NCBI GenBank assembly: GCA_031459715.1 | Contig: JAVKIA010000004.1 | Span: 2,755-66,754 of the forward strand | Reading direction: 5' to 3' | DNA length: 64,000 nt | Origin: Candidatus Humicultor tengchongensis | GTDB taxonomy: Bacteria > Sysuimicrobiota > Sysuimicrobiia > Sysuimicrobiales > Humicultoraceae | In this document: piece by piece, positions 55,589 to 64,000 of the stretch | Layout: every line of letters begins with the position of its first letter | How positions within the stretch are numbered: position 1 is the stretch's first letter | The notes under the pieces: generated by a model | The model's database searches: none | The model's input: only the letters and a program-made list of their open reading frames with translations | Told to the model about the DNA's origin: nothing | Made by a program: the position numbers and the translations under genes

Positions 55589-56446
55589 CTACTTCAACAG
55601 GCGGGAGAGGCGCCGGTCGGCGTAGACCTTCCCGCCGGTCTGGCAGCCAGGGCAGTAGGAGGTCTCCCGTTCCTGGAAGTAGACGGCGGCCAGCCGCCCA
55701 CCGCAGCGAGGGCATTCTTGGCCGGCCCGACGGTGGATGCGGAAAAGGTCTTCTGGCTCGCGCAGCGGCAGGGTCTGGCCGAACCGGGCGCGGTGCTCCT
55801 CGATGGAGCGCTGCAGAACCTCGCGGATCGCCGTGTGCAGGCGCTGCTGCTCCTCCGGCTGCAGGGATCCCGTGAGGGCAAACGGCGAGAGGCGGGCTTC
55901 CCAGAGGATCTCGTCGGCCCAGGCGTTGCCGATGCCGGCCAGGTAACGCTGGCTGGTCAGGAAGCGCTTGAGCTGCATCTGCGCCTGGGCCAGCATCGCC
56001 GCCAGCACGGGGGCGGAGAACGCTTCGTCCAGCGGCTCCAGGCCCAGCGTGGACAGCGGCTCGGTCCCCTCCACTTCCTCCGCCCGCCGCAGGTACAGAC
56101 CGGCACGCTTCTTCGGCCCCCGCTCCACCAGCCGCAGGTCATTGCCGTCGTCCAGAGCGAGGGCTAGGGCCACGTCCTTGGCCAGGCGCTGTCCAGAGGG
56201 GACCACCTGCAGCCGGCCGTCACGGCCCAGGTGTACGATCATGACCAGCCCGCCGGAGAGGTCGAAGAGCAGCAGTTTCCCCCTGCGGCGCACGTCCTGG
56301 ACGGTCGCCCCCGCGAGGGCCTCAAGCGGCGGGTGAACCGACTTCAACAGGGCGGCGCTGTGCAGGTGCGTCGCGCGGATCGTCCGCCCTGACACTTGGG
56401 GCCTGAGGGCGGCGACCAACGCCTCCAGCCAGGGAATCTCAGGCAC
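55589..56446 (-). CDS. mutM: Formamidopyrimidine-DNA glycosylase (Fpg/Nei family)
   Basis: MPEIPWLEALVAAL… (N-terminal Pro2), an H2TH region (…GIGNAWADEILWEARLSP…) and a C-terminal zinc finger CPRCGG…CPGCQ. Confidence 0.85.
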   Translation of the reverse strand: MPEIPWLEALVAALRPQVSGRTIRATHLHSAALLKSVHPPLEALAGATVQDVRRRGKLLLFDLSGGLVMIVHLGRDGRLQVVPSGQRLAKDVALALALDDGNDLRLVERGPKKRAGLYLRRAEEVEGTEPLSTLGLEPLDEAFSAPVLAAMLAQAQMQLKRFLTSQRYLAGIGNAWADEILWEARLSPFALTGSLQPEEQQRLHTAIREVLQRSIEEHRARFGQTLPLREPEDLFRIHRRAGQECPRCGGRLAAVYFQERETSYCPGCQTGGKVYADRRLSRLLK

Positions 56447-57650
56447 CCGCCAGCTCCGCCGCAGCCCAGCTACTTGCCGCCTGCAGCGCCGCCGCCACCG
56501 CGCCCTCTACGATGCCCTGGGCGAATTCCGGTCTCCCCCCACCCCGCCCCCCGTACTGACGGAGCGTCCGCTGCAGCAGCGCGGCCACATCCACCCCCAC
56601 ATCGGGTGAGCGGGCGAAGACCACATGTCCCTCCTCCGTGGCCAGCAGGACAACCAGGCCGCCCTCCGAGACCAGCGCCCGGGCCAGGCCCCGCACCTCA
56701 TCGAGGGGTCGCCCCCCGAGCACCTCCGTCACCACCGCCGGGGCCTGGACGTCCCGGCGGCGCAGGCCGGCCTCCACGGCCAGGAGCCGCTGCAGCGTCT
56801 CTTCCGCCCGCCGCGCCGCCTCCTGTTCCCGCGCAGCCAGCCGCTGGACCGCGGCCACCACCTCCTCCTCCCCCGTGGAAAGCAGGCGCAGGAGGTCGGC
56901 CAGGAGGCGGCTCTGCCGGCGGCGATCCCGCAGGGCGCGCCAGCCGCAGAGGAACTGGACGCGGGTCCCACCCTTGTATCGCTCCCAGCCGGTGACGGCC
57001 ACCATCCCCACCTCGCCCGTGGCCCGCACGTGCGTCCCACCGCAGGGGGAGCGGTCGAACCCTTCGATCTCCACCAGGCGAATCGTCCCGGACTTCTGCG
57101 GCGGGCGGCGCAGCCCCCAGCGGCCCACCTCCGTCTCGTCCACGAAATGGAGGCGCACCGGCCGGTTCTCCATCACCACGGCGTTGGCAGCATCCTCCAG
57201 CCGCGCCGCCTCCGCCGGGCCGAACTGCGCGGCATCCAGGTCGACCGTGCAGCGCTCGGCGCCCAGGTGGACGGCCAGCGTGGTTGCACCCAGCTCCCGT
57301 AATGCTGCCTGGGAGAGAAGGTGCTGGCCGGTGTGCTGCTGCATGTGGTCAAAGCGGCGCTCCCAGTCCACGCGGCCCTCCACCACCTGCCCGGGGAGAG
57401 AGGCGGGATCGCCTCCGTCCAGACGGTGGAGGACGCGGCCGTCATCGGTCTCCGTCACCTCCAGGACGGGCAGGCCTCCCAGGAGGCCTGTGTCGTGCAG
57501 CTGCCCGCCGGAGGTGGGATAGAAGGCGGTGCGGTCCAGCTCCACCAGCACCCCGCCAGAGACGGGGCGTGCGGCCTGCACGCGCGCCTGAAAGGTGCGC
57601 AGGTAGGCGTCGGTCAGGTAGAGCCGTTCGGTCATCTGTGGGAGCGCCAT
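56439..57650 (-). CDS. alaX: Alanyl-tRNA editing protein AlaX-L (tRNA_SAD plus DHHA1-like C-terminus)
   Basis: 403 aa with the motifs HMQQHTGQHLL and CGGTHV, which form the AlaRS editing-domain zinc site. 8-nt overlap with fpg. Confidence 0.75.
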   Translation of the reverse strand: MALPQMTERLYLTDAYLRTFQARVQAARPVSGGVLVELDRTAFYPTSGGQLHDTGLLGGLPVLEVTETDDGRVLHRLDGGDPASLPGQVVEGRVDWERRFDHMQQHTGQHLLSQAALRELGATTLAVHLGAERCTVDLDAAQFGPAEAARLEDAANAVVMENRPVRLHFVDETEVGRWGLRRPPQKSGTIRLVEIEGFDRSPCGGTHVRATGEVGMVAVTGWERYKGGTRVQFLCGWRALRDRRRQSRLLADLLRLLSTGEEEVVAAVQRLAAREQEAARRAEETLQRLLAVEAGLRRRDVQAPAVVTEVLGGRPLDEVRGLARALVSEGGLVVLLATEEGHVVFARSPDVGVDVAALLQRTLRQYGGRGGGRPEFAQGIVEGAVAAALQAASSWAAAELAGA

Positions 57651-57655
57651 GCTGC

Positions 57656-58306
57656 CTAGCGTTTCAGGCTGAGCGTCAGGCCGTCCCGCAGCGGCAGGAG
57701 CACCGAGTGCAGACCGGGGTGGCCGAAGGCCAGCCTGTTGTACTGCCGGACCCCTTCACGGTCGGCGGCAGACCAGCGTCCCTCGGGCGCGCCGGGGACC
57801 ACCTCCCCGCCCAGCAGCGCGTTGTCGGCGACCAGCAGGCCCCCATCGGCCAGCAGGGGGAGGACCAGGTCGAAGTATGCCGGGTACTCGGTCTTCACCG
57901 CATCCAGGAAGACGAGCCCGTAGGTCATCCCGCGCAACGTCGGCAGCACCTGCAGCGCGGCGCCGGGCAGGACCTCCACCAGGTCGGAGAGGTCCGCCCG
58001 GGAGAGGTTTGCCTGCGCCCGGGCGACGCGCTCCGGGCGCAGCTCGACAGTCTGCAGCCGCCCTCCATACTCCCGCAGCGCCCGACCCATCCAGATGGCG
58101 GAGTAGCCGATGGCCGCCCCCACTTCCAGGACGCGGGAGGGACGGGCCAGGCGCACCAGCAACGCCAGGAGGCTACCCACCTGGGGGCCGCAGATGGGGA
58201 TGCGCTCCTCCCGCGCCTGCGCCTCCAGCTCCACCAGCAGTGGGTCGCGCGGCGGCAGCAGGTCGTCCAGGTACTGCAGGACCCGGCCAGACAGGAGTTC
58301 GGGCAT
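57656..58306 (-). CDS. Class I SAM-dependent O-methyltransferase (caffeoyl-CoA OMT / YrrM-like)
   Basis: 216 aa with SAM motif I (VLEVGAAIGYSAIWM) and …VFLDAVKTEYPAYFD…. Confidence 0.75.
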   Translation of the reverse strand: MPELLSGRVLQYLDDLLPPRDPLLVELEAQAREERIPICGPQVGSLLALLVRLARPSRVLEVGAAIGYSAIWMGRALREYGGRLQTVELRPERVARAQANLSRADLSDLVEVLPGAALQVLPTLRGMTYGLVFLDAVKTEYPAYFDLVLPLLADGGLLVADNALLGGEVVPGAPEGRWSAADREGVRQYNRLAFGHPGLHSVLLPLRDGLTLSLKR

Positions 58307-58488
58307 CAGCTCGTCAGCATCCCCAATGTGTCGTACAAGAGCGTAGCGTATTCCACCCCTGCAGGTACAGCGCCGGGAAGGCCACCTGAGGGTTCGTGTT
58401 TACTTCCAGCCAGGCCTGTGCTAGACTGCGCGGCGGCAGGTAGGGCGCAACGCGCAGTATCTGTACGTTTACAGAAGGGAGAAGGGTC

Positions 58489-58692
58489 TTGATGGCCACA
58501 GGCACGGTCAAGTGGTTCAGTGCGGAGAAGGGCTACGGCTTCATCTCCGTGGAAGGCGGCAAGGACGTCTTCGTGCACTACACCGCGATCCAGTCTGACG
58601 GCTTCCGCACCCTCCAGGAGGGGCAGGCCGTACAGTTCGACATCGTGGAAGGCAAGAAGGGTCCGCAGGCGGCAAACGTCACCATCCTCTAG
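58489..58692 (+). CDS. cspA: Cold-shock protein (CspA family)
   Basis: [63 protein letters not shown], with RNP1/RNP2 motifs. Confidence 0.95.
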   Translation: MMATGTVKWFSAEKGYGFISVEGGKDVFVHYTAIQSDGFRTLQEGQAVQFDIVEGKKGPQAANVTIL

Positions 58693-58799
58693 ATCACGCT
58701 CGCCAGCGCCAGACGGCAGCCCGGGTATTCCCCGGGCTGCCGTGTTTCTGGCCGAAAAGCCCCAGGGGAGACCGCGGCCTGCCGCGAATCTGCATCACC

Positions 58800-59063
58800 G
58801 TGGCACTGCTTGCCCTGGTGGACTATCTCTTCCTGTTCCTCTACCTGGCACTATTGGTGCGCGTCATCCTCTCGTGGGTGCCCGGCGCGATGGACAGCGG
58901 CGCCGCCCTTTTCGTCTACAGGATCACCGACCCGCTCCTGGCCCCGCTGCGGCGGGTGATTCCCCCGGTGGGCGGGCTGGACATCACACCGCTTATCGCC
59001 TTCCTCATCCTGGGCGCGGCGCAGCGCATCGTCCGCGAGATCCTGCTTAGCCTGATGTTCTGA
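58800..59063 (+). CDS. yggT: YggT-family small membrane protein
   Basis: 87 aa with two TM helices and the YggT pattern (…LLVRVILSWVPG…VYRITDPLLAPLRRVIPPVGGLDITPLIAFLIL…). Confidence 0.8.
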   Translation: MALLALVDYLFLFLYLALLVRVILSWVPGAMDSGAALFVYRITDPLLAPLRRVIPPVGGLDITPLIAFLILGAAQRIVREILLSLMF

Positions 59064-59108
59064 TCTGCCTGAAGGGCCGGACCTGATAGGCGCAGCCCCG
59101 GTCGGTGG

Positions 59109-60344
59109 CTACGGCCGGGTGCCCGCGGGGGGATCGTGCCCCTCCCGTCCGCCGGAAGCGGCAAGACCCGCTGCGGCCACAAGCGCCGGCACGTTCAGCG
59201 CCAGGGTCAGCAGGAGTGTGTTCCGCAGGCCAATCACGTCGGCAGTGGCCCCCACCGCCGTGAGCATCAGCCCCCCGATCCCCCAGGCCAGGCCCATGAC
59301 GATGCTGGAGGCCAGGCTGGCGTGCTGCGGCAGGCTCTCCTGCGCCATAGTCACGGTCACCGGCGCGGAGGTGTACAGGAGGATCCCCGCTATGGGGAGG
59401 AGGAGGAAACCCCAGCCCAGCGGCGCCAGAAGGTAGACCGCCATGAGTGGGGCGCTCAACAGCAGCGAGAGCAACAGGACCGCCCGGCGTCCCAGCCACT
59501 CGGCCAGGATGCCGCCGGTGAACCCCCCGGCAGCTCCGATCCCCCCGAAGAGGAAGACTGCGGTTCCGCCCAGGACCAGGGAGAGCCCCCGCTCCCGCAG
59601 CAGCAGCGGCAGGAAGGTGATGAAGGAGATGGAGACGATGCTGCGCACGACCACGTAGATCCACAAAAGGAGCAGGGTACGCCGCTGCGCCCGCAGCGCC
59701 CGGCGGATGGTCCCCGCGCGGGCGGGGCGGGCCGTAGGCCAGCGCCACAGGATTGCGGCCAGGAGGACCATGACCACCGCTCCAGGGAGGCCGGCCGGAA
59801 GGGTCCAGGCGAGCCCCTGCCACTGCACCAGAGCGGCGATGTACAACGGCCCCACGGCGTAGGCCAGCTCGCCGCCGGCGACGAAGATGGCCAGCCCGGT
59901 GGCGCGGCGGGCACCGCTGTGGAACCCGGCGGAGGCCGCGCCCTGCGGGTGGAAGGCGGCCGTGCCCACCCCCGCGCAGAGCAAGGCCACGATCAGCGCC
60001 GGATACGTGGGCAGGACCCCGGTGAGGCTCATGGCCGCCACGGTGAGCAGGGGGCCCAGGGCTACCAGACGGCTGCGGCTCTGGCGGTCTGCCACCAGCC
60101 CGAAGAAGGGCTGGGAGAGCGCCGATGAGGTGTTCAGGATCGTGCCCAGCAGCCCGGCCAGCGCCAGGTTCAGGTTGAAGCGCGGCACCAGCAGCGGCAG
60201 CAGCGGGGAGAGCCAGGCCATGTGGAAGTCGTTTAGGAAGTGGGCCAGGGTAACGCCAAGCAGCCGCCGCTGCTGCATCGGCGGTACGGGAGCCACGGTG
60301 GGAGGCAGGAGATCACGGGCGGGGGCCAGCGGCACGAACGCCAT
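59109..60344 (-). CDS. MFS transporter
   Basis: Start at the ATG at 60344 (or the downstream ATG at 60278). It has 12 predicted TM helices and MFS motif A-like GLVADRQSRSR. It is divergent from the oxidoreductase gene. Confidence 0.7.
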   Translation of the reverse strand: MAFVPLAPARDLLPPTVAPVPPMQQRRLLGVTLAHFLNDFHMAWLSPLLPLLVPRFNLNLALAGLLGTILNTSSALSQPFFGLVADRQSRSRLVALGPLLTVAAMSLTGVLPTYPALIVALLCAGVGTAAFHPQGAASAGFHSGARRATGLAIFVAGGELAYAVGPLYIAALVQWQGLAWTLPAGLPGAVVMVLLAAILWRWPTARPARAGTIRRALRAQRRTLLLLWIYVVVRSIVSISFITFLPLLLRERGLSLVLGGTAVFLFGGIGAAGGFTGGILAEWLGRRAVLLLSLLLSAPLMAVYLLAPLGWGFLLLPIAGILLYTSAPVTVTMAQESLPQHASLASSIVMGLAWGIGGLMLTAVGATADVIGLRNTLLLTLALNVPALVAAAGLAASGGREGHDPPAGTRP

Positions 60345-60407
60345 TATAGCAGAGCAGCTTCCGCCGCCCGGGGGATGAGGTCGCCGCCCCTGCGGCGAAA
60401 AGAGGGC

Positions 60408-63368
60408 ATGCGTACCCGGCTCTCTCCTGTGCGCAGCGTACCCTCCTCCACAGACGCCCTGGCCGCCGGCCTGCGGGCCGCGGTGCGTGGGGAGGTGCGC
60501 TTCGACCACTTCTCCCGAGTCCTTTACAGCACCGACGCCAGCATCTACCAGATCCTCCCCCTGGGCGTGGTCCTGCCGAAGGACGATGAGGACGTGGCGG
60601 CGACACTGCGCCTGTGCGCGGACGCCGGCGTCCCCGTGCTGCCCCGCGGTGGCGGGACCAGCCTGGCCGGGCAGGCCATCGGTCGGGCGGTGATCCTGGA
60701 CTGCTCCCGCCACCTGCGGGCGATCCTCGAGGTCAACCCCGACCGCCGTCTGGCCCGGGTGCAGCCCGGCGTGGTGCAGGACGACCTGAACGCGGCGGCG
60801 TCACCCTTCGGCCTGCGCCTGGGGCCGGACACGGCCACCAGCAACAGGGCCACCCTGGGCGGGATGATAGGCAACAACTCCTGCGGCGCACGTTCCATCG
60901 TCTACGGCAAGATGGTGGACCACGTGGAGCGGCTGCGCGTCCTGCTGGCCGACGGGCAGGAGCTGGTTCTGGGGCCGCTGGACGAGGCCGCGCTTGCGGC
61001 CAAGATCCAGGAGCCCTCGCGCGAGGGGCAGCTTTACCGCACTGTCCTGGAGACGGTCCAGGCGCACCGCGAGGAGATTGAGCGGCGCTATCCCAGGCTG
61101 CTGCGGCGCGTCGCCGGTTACAACCTGCCGGAGATGCTGCTTGCTCCCTTCAACCTCTGCCGGCTGATCGTGGGCTCGGAAGGCACTCTGGCCACAGTGA
61201 CCGAGGCCACGGTGCGCTTGGTCCCTCATCCGGCGCACACGGTGCTGACCGTGCTGCACTTCGCCGACCTGCAGGAGGCGCTGGAGGCGGTTCCCCTCAT
61301 CCTGGCCCACCGGCCTTCTGCGGTGGAGCTGGTCGACCGCTTCGTCCTGGAGATGACTCGGGCGCAGCTGGAGTACGCCCGCCGCATGACCTTCGTCCAG
61401 GGGGACCCCGACGCCCTGCTGCTGGTGGAGTTGGCTGGCGACCATGGCGACGAGGTGCTGGACCGGCTGGCCGCGCTGGAACGCTCCCTGGCCGCCGGTT
61501 CCCGGCCCTACGCCGTGGGACGCGCCGTGGAAGGGGCGGAGCAGGACAACATCTGGCGCGTGCGCAAGGCCGGGCAGGGCCTGCTGCAGGGGATAAAGGG
61601 CGACGCCAAGCCCATCACCTTCGTCGAGGACACCGCCGTCCCCCCGGAGCGCCTCGCCCAGTACATCGCCCGCTTCCGCGGCATCCTGCAGGCGCACGGT
61701 GTGCGCGCCGCCTTCTACGCCCACGCCAGCGTAGGCTGCCTGCACGTCCGACCGCTCATCAACCTGAAGGACGCTCAGCAGGTCCAGACCATGCGGGCCA
61801 TCGCCGAGGCGGTGGGGGAGCTGGTCATCGAGTTCGGTGGGGCCATGAGCGGGGAGCACGGCGACGGACTGGTCCGGGGGTGGTTCCTGCAGCGCTACTT
61901 CGGCCCGGTGATCACCCAGGCCTTCCGTACCATCAAGCAGGCCTTTGACCCCCAGGGGCTGATGAATCCCGGCAAGATCGTGGATCCGCCCCTGATGACG
62001 GAGGACCTGCGGTACGGGCCGGGGTATCGCACCCTGTCCCTGCCCACCCACTTCGACTGGAGCCGCGACGGGGGCTTTGCCGCGGCGGTGGAACTGTGCA
62101 GCGGTGTGGGCGCCTGCCGCAAGACCGGAGAGGGGACCATGTGCCCGTCCTACATGGTCACCCGGGAGGAGGAGCACTCCACGCGCGGACGGGCTAACCT
62201 GCTGCGGGCGGTGCTCTCCGGCGTCCTCCCGCCGGCGGAGCTGACCGGGCGGCGTCTCTACGCGGCCCTGGACCTCTGCGTGGAGTGCAAGGGATGCAAG
62301 GCGGAGTGCCCGGCGAACGTGGACATGGCCAGGCTGAAGGCCGAGTTCCTGGCCGGCTACTATCAGGCACACGGGGTGCCGGTGCGGGCGCGCCTGTTCG
62401 CCCACGTCCACCGGCTGAACCGGCTGGGAGCGGCGCTGGCTCCCTTCTCCGGATGGCTGGTGCGCTCAGCGCCGGCCCGCCTGGCGCTGGAGCGGCTCCT
62501 GGGCATCGACCGGCGCCGTCCCCTCCCCCCGTTCGCCCGCCCCACCTTCGACGCCTGGTGGCGGCGCCGCGGCCCGGGAGGCCCCGCCCCTCCCCAGAGG
62601 GCGCAACCTGCTCAAGCTCCCGCATCCGCAGCCACTCCGCGCGCCCCCGCACCCGCAGGACGCGTCGCCCTCTTCGCGGACACTTTCCTCCGGTACAACC
62701 ACCCGGAGGTAGGGCGGGCCGCGGTTGCCGTGCTGGAACGCCTGGGCTACGACGTGATCGTCCCGGACGTGGTCTGCTGCGGCCGGCCCATGATCAGCAA
62801 GGGGCTGCTCGAGGCGGCGCGGCGCCACGCTGCGGAGAACGTACGCCGGCTGCTCCCTCTGGCCCTGGCCGGCGTGCCCATCGCCGGATGCGAGCCCTCC
62901 TGCATCCTCACGTTCCGCGACGAGGTCCCCGACCTGCTGCCCGGGGAGGACACCCGTCGCCTGGCGGCGCAGACCTTCCTCATCGACGAGTTCCTCCAGC
63001 GCCACATCCGGCAGCGCGGCTGGCCCGCCTCCGACCACAGCGGGCGCGTCCTGTTCCACGGCCACTGCCACCAGAAGGCCCTCGTCGGGACCGGCCCGGC
63101 GGTGGAGGTGCTCAGGGCCGCGGGCTATCAGGTGGAGGTCGTGGACTCAGGCTGCTGCGGCATGGCCGGCTCGTTTGGCTTCGAGCGCGACCACTACCAG
63201 ATCTCCCTGGCCATGGGAGAACGCCGCCTCCTGCCCGCCGTCCGCGCGGCGGCCCCCGAGGTGCAGGTGGTGGCTATGGGCGTCTCCTGCCGGCAACAGA
63301 TCGCCCACGGGAGCGGACGCCGCGCCCGGCACCTGGTGGAACTCCTGGCGGAGGCGCTGGACCGCTAG
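60408..63368 (+). CDS. FAD-linked oxidase fused to a 4Fe-4S / CCG-domain module (GlcD-GlpC/Dld-like, 986 aa)
   Basis: The ATG at 60408 has a good SD (AAGAGGG). It carries an FAD_binding_4 domain (…VVLPKDDEDVAATLRLCADAGVPVLPRGGGTSLAGQAIG…), then an FAD-oxidase C domain, then Cys clusters (CRKTGEGTMCPSY, CVECKGCKAECPANVD) and CCG-type Cys motifs (VVCCGRP, CCGMAG). Confidence 0.8.
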   Translation: MRTRLSPVRSVPSSTDALAAGLRAAVRGEVRFDHFSRVLYSTDASIYQILPLGVVLPKDDEDVAATLRLCADAGVPVLPRGGGTSLAGQAIGRAVILDCSRHLRAILEVNPDRRLARVQPGVVQDDLNAAASPFGLRLGPDTATSNRATLGGMIGNNSCGARSIVYGKMVDHVERLRVLLADGQELVLGPLDEAALAAKIQEPSREGQLYRTVLETVQAHREEIERRYPRLLRRVAGYNLPEMLLAPFNLCRLIVGSEGTLATVTEATVRLVPHPAHTVLTVLHFADLQEALEAVPLILAHRPSAVELVDRFVLEMTRAQLEYARRMTFVQGDPDALLLVELAGDHGDEVLDRLAALERSLAAGSRPYAVGRAVEGAEQDNIWRVRKAGQGLLQGIKGDAKPITFVEDTAVPPERLAQYIARFRGILQAHGVRAAFYAHASVGCLHVRPLINLKDAQQVQTMRAIAEAVGELVIEFGGAMSGEHGDGLVRGWFLQRYFGPVITQAFRTIKQAFDPQGLMNPGKIVDPPLMTEDLRYGPGYRTLSLPTHFDWSRDGGFAAAVELCSGVGACRKTGEGTMCPSYMVTREEEHSTRGRANLLRAVLSGVLPPAELTGRRLYAALDLCVECKGCKAECPANVDMARLKAEFLAGYYQAHGVPVRARLFAHVHRLNRLGAALAPFSGWLVRSAPARLALERLLGIDRRRPLPPFARPTFDAWWRRRGPGGPAPPQRAQPAQAPASAATPRAPAPAGRVALFADTFLRYNHPEVGRAAVAVLERLGYDVIVPDVVCCGRPMISKGLLEAARRHAAENVRRLLPLALAGVPIAGCEPSCILTFRDEVPDLLPGEDTRRLAAQTFLIDEFLQRHIRQRGWPASDHSGRVLFHGHCHQKALVGTGPAVEVLRAAGYQVEVVDSGCCGMAGSFGFERDHYQISLAMGERRLLPAVRAAAPEVQVVAMGVSCRQQIAHGSGRRARHLVELLAEALDR

Positions 63369-63414
63369 AAGCAGCAGGAGCGCCCCGCCTGCAGAGGCGC
63401 CTCAATCGAAACGT

Positions 63415-63879
63415 TCAGGCGCGAGCCTTGGACGACTCCCTGGTGGCGCGGCGCCGCCGTTTCGCCCCGTCCACGCTCCCGGGGAGCGTCTCCTCCCAGG
63501 TGACGATGCTGTGGAAGAAGACCCGGTCGCCTTCCTCCAGCCCGCGCGTCACCTCGGTGATGTGTACGTTGGTGGCGCCGAAGTCGGCCAGGGCCGACTT
63601 GACCGCCGCCTCCGGACGGGCGTCCTGGCCGCAGGTGAAGATGTCCAGGGCGACGTAGCGCAGCTCAGGCCAGGTGTGGACGGAGAGGTGAGATTCGGAG
63701 ATGACGACGACGCCGGAAACCCCGCCCGGGTTAAACCGGTGAAAAGATATGGACCAGACCTGGACCTTGGCCGCCTCCGCGGCCCGCACCAGGATCTGCT
63801 CCACCTGCTCCACCTTGCTGATGATCTCCGGATTGCATCCGGAGGCCTCGACAATGTAGTGGTGCCCGACGGCATCCAT
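63415..63879 (-). CDS. speH: S-adenosylmethionine decarboxylase proenzyme (SpeH-type)
   Basis: 154 aa: …ISFHRFNPGGVSGVVVISESHLSVHTWPELRYVALDIFTCG…, containing the ESH/S self-processing site. Confidence 0.85.
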   Translation of the reverse strand: MDAVGHHYIVEASGCNPEIISKVEQVEQILVRAAEAAKVQVWSISFHRFNPGGVSGVVVISESHLSVHTWPELRYVALDIFTCGQDARPEAAVKSALADFGATNVHITEVTRGLEEGDRVFFHSIVTWEETLPGSVDGAKRRRRATRESSKARA

Positions 63880-64000
63880 CTCCCACCTCCTCCTCCCCCG
63901 CCGCGCGCCGCGCTGGCGGTGTAGGTCCGTTTGCCGGCTCGGAGTATACGGGTGCCGTCAGGGGGTGTCAACGCGATGCGCTGGCTCGGTAGCGCCCCGG

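Overview
This 64-kb window is about 70% G+C and very gene-dense. It holds roughly 60 protein-coding genes, almost all on the minus strand in long co-directional operons. At least five junctions show 4-nt GTGA or ATGA stop-start overlaps that I checked in the DNA.

The main feature runs from about 1159 to 28225 and is one contiguous outer-membrane/LPS biogenesis supercluster. Read 5'->3' on the minus strand it contains: a SpoIVB-like S55 peptidase, TamB (1487 aa), a sigma factor with a membrane partner, BamA, a hypothetical secreted protein, three OmpH/Skp paralogs, LpxD, a 600-aa secreted hypothetical, LpxC, FabZ, LpxI, LpxA, LpxB, LptC-like, LptA-like, LptB, LptF/G, an ArnT/PMT-like GT39/83 glycosyltransferase, a GT2 polyprenol-phosphate glycosyltransferase and a DUF3084 protein.

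The flanking genes look Firmicute-like: glmU-prs immediately upstream, wecA/tagO-mnaA, SpoIVB-type peptidase, CspA, YggT, and a ZAS anti-sigma with an ECF sigma. The overall layout matches what I recall of the conserved outer-membrane cluster in diderm Firmicutes (Negativicutes, Halanaerobiales, Limnochordia). I therefore infer a high-GC diderm Firmicute such as Limnochorda or a related MAG. That is an inference and was not verified.

The other contents, in order along the window:
- At the left edge, a partial BtuB-like TonB-dependent receptor preceded by a clear cobalamin riboswitch.
- A sulfur-carrier-protein operon for cysteine/homocysteine metabolism: lipB, metB/C-like, a MoaD/CysO-like carrier with a 7-residue tail after the Gly-Gly, a CBS-domain PLP enzyme, a ParB/Srx-like protein, a CysM-like enzyme and a JAMM protease, followed by an Rrf2 regulator.
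- A Fur-regulated Fe3+ ABC transporter with a 7-3-7 palindrome at the Fur promoter.
- A run of housekeeping genes: TrpB2, a COG3044 ABC-class ATPase, two M20 peptidases, a CtpA S41 peptidase, CcdA, a DUF62 SAM hydroxide adenosyltransferase, Fpg, AlaX-L, an O-methyltransferase, an MFS transporter, a 986-aa FAD/Fe-S oxidoreductase and SpeH.

I found no rRNA, CRISPR array or mobile element. A tRNA-like T-arm near 34170-34195 was checked and rejected. Most long ORFs in the six-frame track that overlap these genes are antisense or out-of-frame artefacts of the high G+C.
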